Positions 61,800-64,000 of a stretch of DNA of 64,000 nt are shown here, piece by piece. The notes under the pieces are model-generated. The model saw nothing but the letters and a program-made list of their open reading frames with translations, did no database searches and was not told the DNA's origin. The number at the start of each line of letters is the position of its first letter. Within the stretch, counting starts at the first letter, position 1. The position numbers and the translations under genes were made by a program. This stretch comes from Mobula hypostoma (taxonomy: Eukaryota): contig NC_086097.1 in the NCBI RefSeq assembly GCF_963921235.1, positions 160,024,001-160,088,000 on the forward strand, given 5' to 3'.

Positions 61800-63250
61800 G
61801 ATAAATGTTATGGCTGCAAGCATCTGCCGTAATTTCTGAAAGAGGTACCTGAAGAGATTGTGGAGGCATTAATAGTGACCTTTCACAAATCACTAGATTC
61901 TGGAATGATTCCAGAGGACTGGAAAAACAAATGGCTCTCCACTCTTTAAGAAGGAAGGGAGGCAAGAGGTAAAAAATTCTAGGTCAGTTAGCCTGACATC
62001 AGTAGTTGTCAAGATGTTAGAGTCAATTATTAAGGATGGCGTTAGGGATACTTAGAGCACAATAGATGGAAGACAGCATGGTTTCCTTAAGGAGCACTCT
62101 TACCTGACGAATCTGTGGGAATTCTTTGAAGAAATAACAGGAAAGATAGAGAACGGAGAATCAATGGGTTTTCAGAAGGTACCATACATGAGACTGCTAA
62201 ACATGATAAGAGCACATGGTATTACAGGAAAGATACTAGCATGGATAGAAGATTGGCTGACTGGCAAGAGGCAAAGAATGGGAATAAAGGCGGCCTTTTC
62301 TGGTTGGCTGCTGGTGACTAGTGGTAATCCACCACTGTTGGCGCTAGATCTGCTGTTTTTCATGTTGTATGTTAGATGACAGAAATAATGACTTTGTGGC
62401 CAAGTTTACAGATGACTCAAAGATTTTTGTAAGAGCAGGTAATGTTGAGGAAGAAGAGCAGTGCAGTAGGACTTGGACAAATTAGAAGAATGGGCAAAGA
62501 AGTGGCAGATGGAATACTGTGTGGGGAAATGTATAGTAATACACTTTGGTAGATGGAATAAAAGAGGAATAATTCAGAAACCAGAGGTGCAAAGAGACTT
62601 AGGAGTCCTCTAGTGCAGGATTCCCTAAAGTTAACTTGCAGGGAGTATGGGAGGCAAATGCAATGTTAGCATGTAATGCTGAGGCTTTGTAAGGCATTTA
62701 TATTGTGAGTAGTTTTGGGCCTCCCATCTAAGATTGGATGTGTTGCATTAGAGAGGCTCCAGAGGAGGTGTACAAGATTGATCCTTGGAATAAAAAGGCT
62801 AATGTATGATGGGTGATTGATGGTCATAGGCCTGTACTCACTGGAGTTTAGAAGAATGAGGGGGGATCTCAATGAAACATACTAAATATTGAAAAGTCTG
62901 GATGAAATGAATGTGTGGTGGACACTTCCATTAGTGGGAGAGTTTAGGGCGACAGTGCACAGCCTCAGAATAGGATAATCTTCTACAACAGCGATGAGAA
63001 AGAATTTATTTAGCCAGAGTATGGTGAGTCTGTGGGGTCCATTACTATGGACAGTTGTAGAGGCCAATTCATTTGGTATGTTTAAAGTGCAGATTACTTG
63101 GTTCTTGATTACTAAGGGCATCAAAGGTTACAGGGAGATGACAGATAAATGGGTTTGAGAGGGAAAGTAATTCAGCTATGATCGAATTGCAAAGATTTAA
63201 CAGATGAATGGCCTGATTCTATTTCTATGTCTTATGTTCTTGTGGTCTGA
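61800..63250 (+). mobile_element. CR1 LINE RT to 3' end, old
   Basis: QHGFLK..S.LTNL.EFFEE; IRAHGITGKILAWIEDWL; WAKKWQME; LYSLEFRRMRGDL; TCTTATG-type tail. Confidence 0.88.
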
Positions 63251-63255
63251 ACATA

Positions 63256-63710
63256 CAGCACTGTGCACATATGTCTTAGGCACATATATAGATAGAGTAT
63301 TTGTCAACGTGGAGCAGAAAGTGAGTTTGTAAATCTGACAGGAATGAAGGATGTTGGGAATGATGAGGGTGGAGAACTGTGGGAGGTGTATGGGACTGAT
63401 AGCAGCGAAGGAGTGCCGGGGCAGGGGGCGATGCAGGTGCAGGTGCAGACACACACAACCCTCAGACACCAGGCAAGGTCACTTGATTCCAAAGAATTGG
63501 TTTATTGATCATTACAGGAAGTCTCTCTGGTGCTTCGCACACTTTCTCCTCTCCTTTCCACTTTTCCCAACCATAATTCCCCTCTCCTTGCCCCTTCCCA
63601 CTCTCAGTCCACAATAGAGACCGATATCCAAACCAGGTTTATCATCACTCACATATGTCATGAAATGTGTTTATTTTTGTGGCAGTACAGTGCAATAAAC
63701 AAAATTACTA
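63256..63710 (-). mobile_element. Second copy of the composite mini-MITE/cargo element
   Basis: TA-CAGCACTGTGCA..GTCTTAGGCACATATATAG followed by the reverse complement of the 45500-45865 cargo. Confidence 0.75.
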
Positions 63711-63711
63711 T

Positions 63712-64000
63712 TGTAAGGGGTTTTTTCTTTATGTTAAAATTAAAATGGCTTCTTTGTTATGTTAAATGCTGAGAAAGTTTCTAGCTAGCACTTTGCTTGG
63801 GTTATAACAGATAACAGGATAAATGAACCAATAGGTGTCCATGTTATTCTTTCTTGGGGTGTTATGCTGTCTCATATGGCTGGGAACCAGGGGGTTTTGG
63901 CGGGGAGATGGAGGAGAGACCATGAGGATGACGGATGTGTGGGAAGTTTCAGGTTGATCACTCCGGTGGTCCTGAGCTGCGAGTCGACAGGGTCAGAGTG
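63712..64000 (+). mobile_element. Probable LTR start (runs off the window)
   Basis: Abrupt TGTAAGGGG start interrupting the composite element; CCAAT motif; rising GC and CpG content. The matching CA end is not visible. Confidence 0.4.

Overview
Eukaryotic, repeat-dense non-coding DNA (intergenic or deep intronic). I found no supportable host protein-coding exon, rRNA, tRNA gene or CRISPR array. The repeat repertoire points to a cartilaginous fish, probably a ray or shark (inference from abundant CR1, Rex1/Babar, HE1/V-SINE-like and Deu-domain SINEs). Nearly all ORFs in the supplied track are decayed transposon fragments or their antisense shadows. Recognisable elements include many CR1 and Rex1/Babar LINE pieces, a full-length but dead L1 (25914-31885, 14-bp TSD), a young 5'-truncated RTE with a 9-bp TSD, an R4/Dong-type RLE retrotransposon split by a near-complete CR1, three Penelope-like (GIY-YIG) fragments, a Tc1 IR/DR transposon, a pogo/Tigger-like MITE, old Gypsy and probable Harbinger remnants, and several non-autonomous elements. 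The most interesting signals are: (1) eight or more dispersed copies of a Penelope terminal repeat carrying a minimal type-I hammerhead ribozyme motif, several of them free-standing, plus a 60-bp 3'-end fragment with its own TSD; (2) a composite element in which Tc1-like mini-MITEs flank captured cargo, present twice; (3) an L1 whose inter-ORF spacer is a tandem array of its own ORF1 C-terminus; (4) CpG-rich bipartite non-autonomous retroposons; (5) multi-level nested insertions that give a relative chronology. Family names come from recognised motifs, not from database searches. Boundaries of old elements are approximate (tens of bp).
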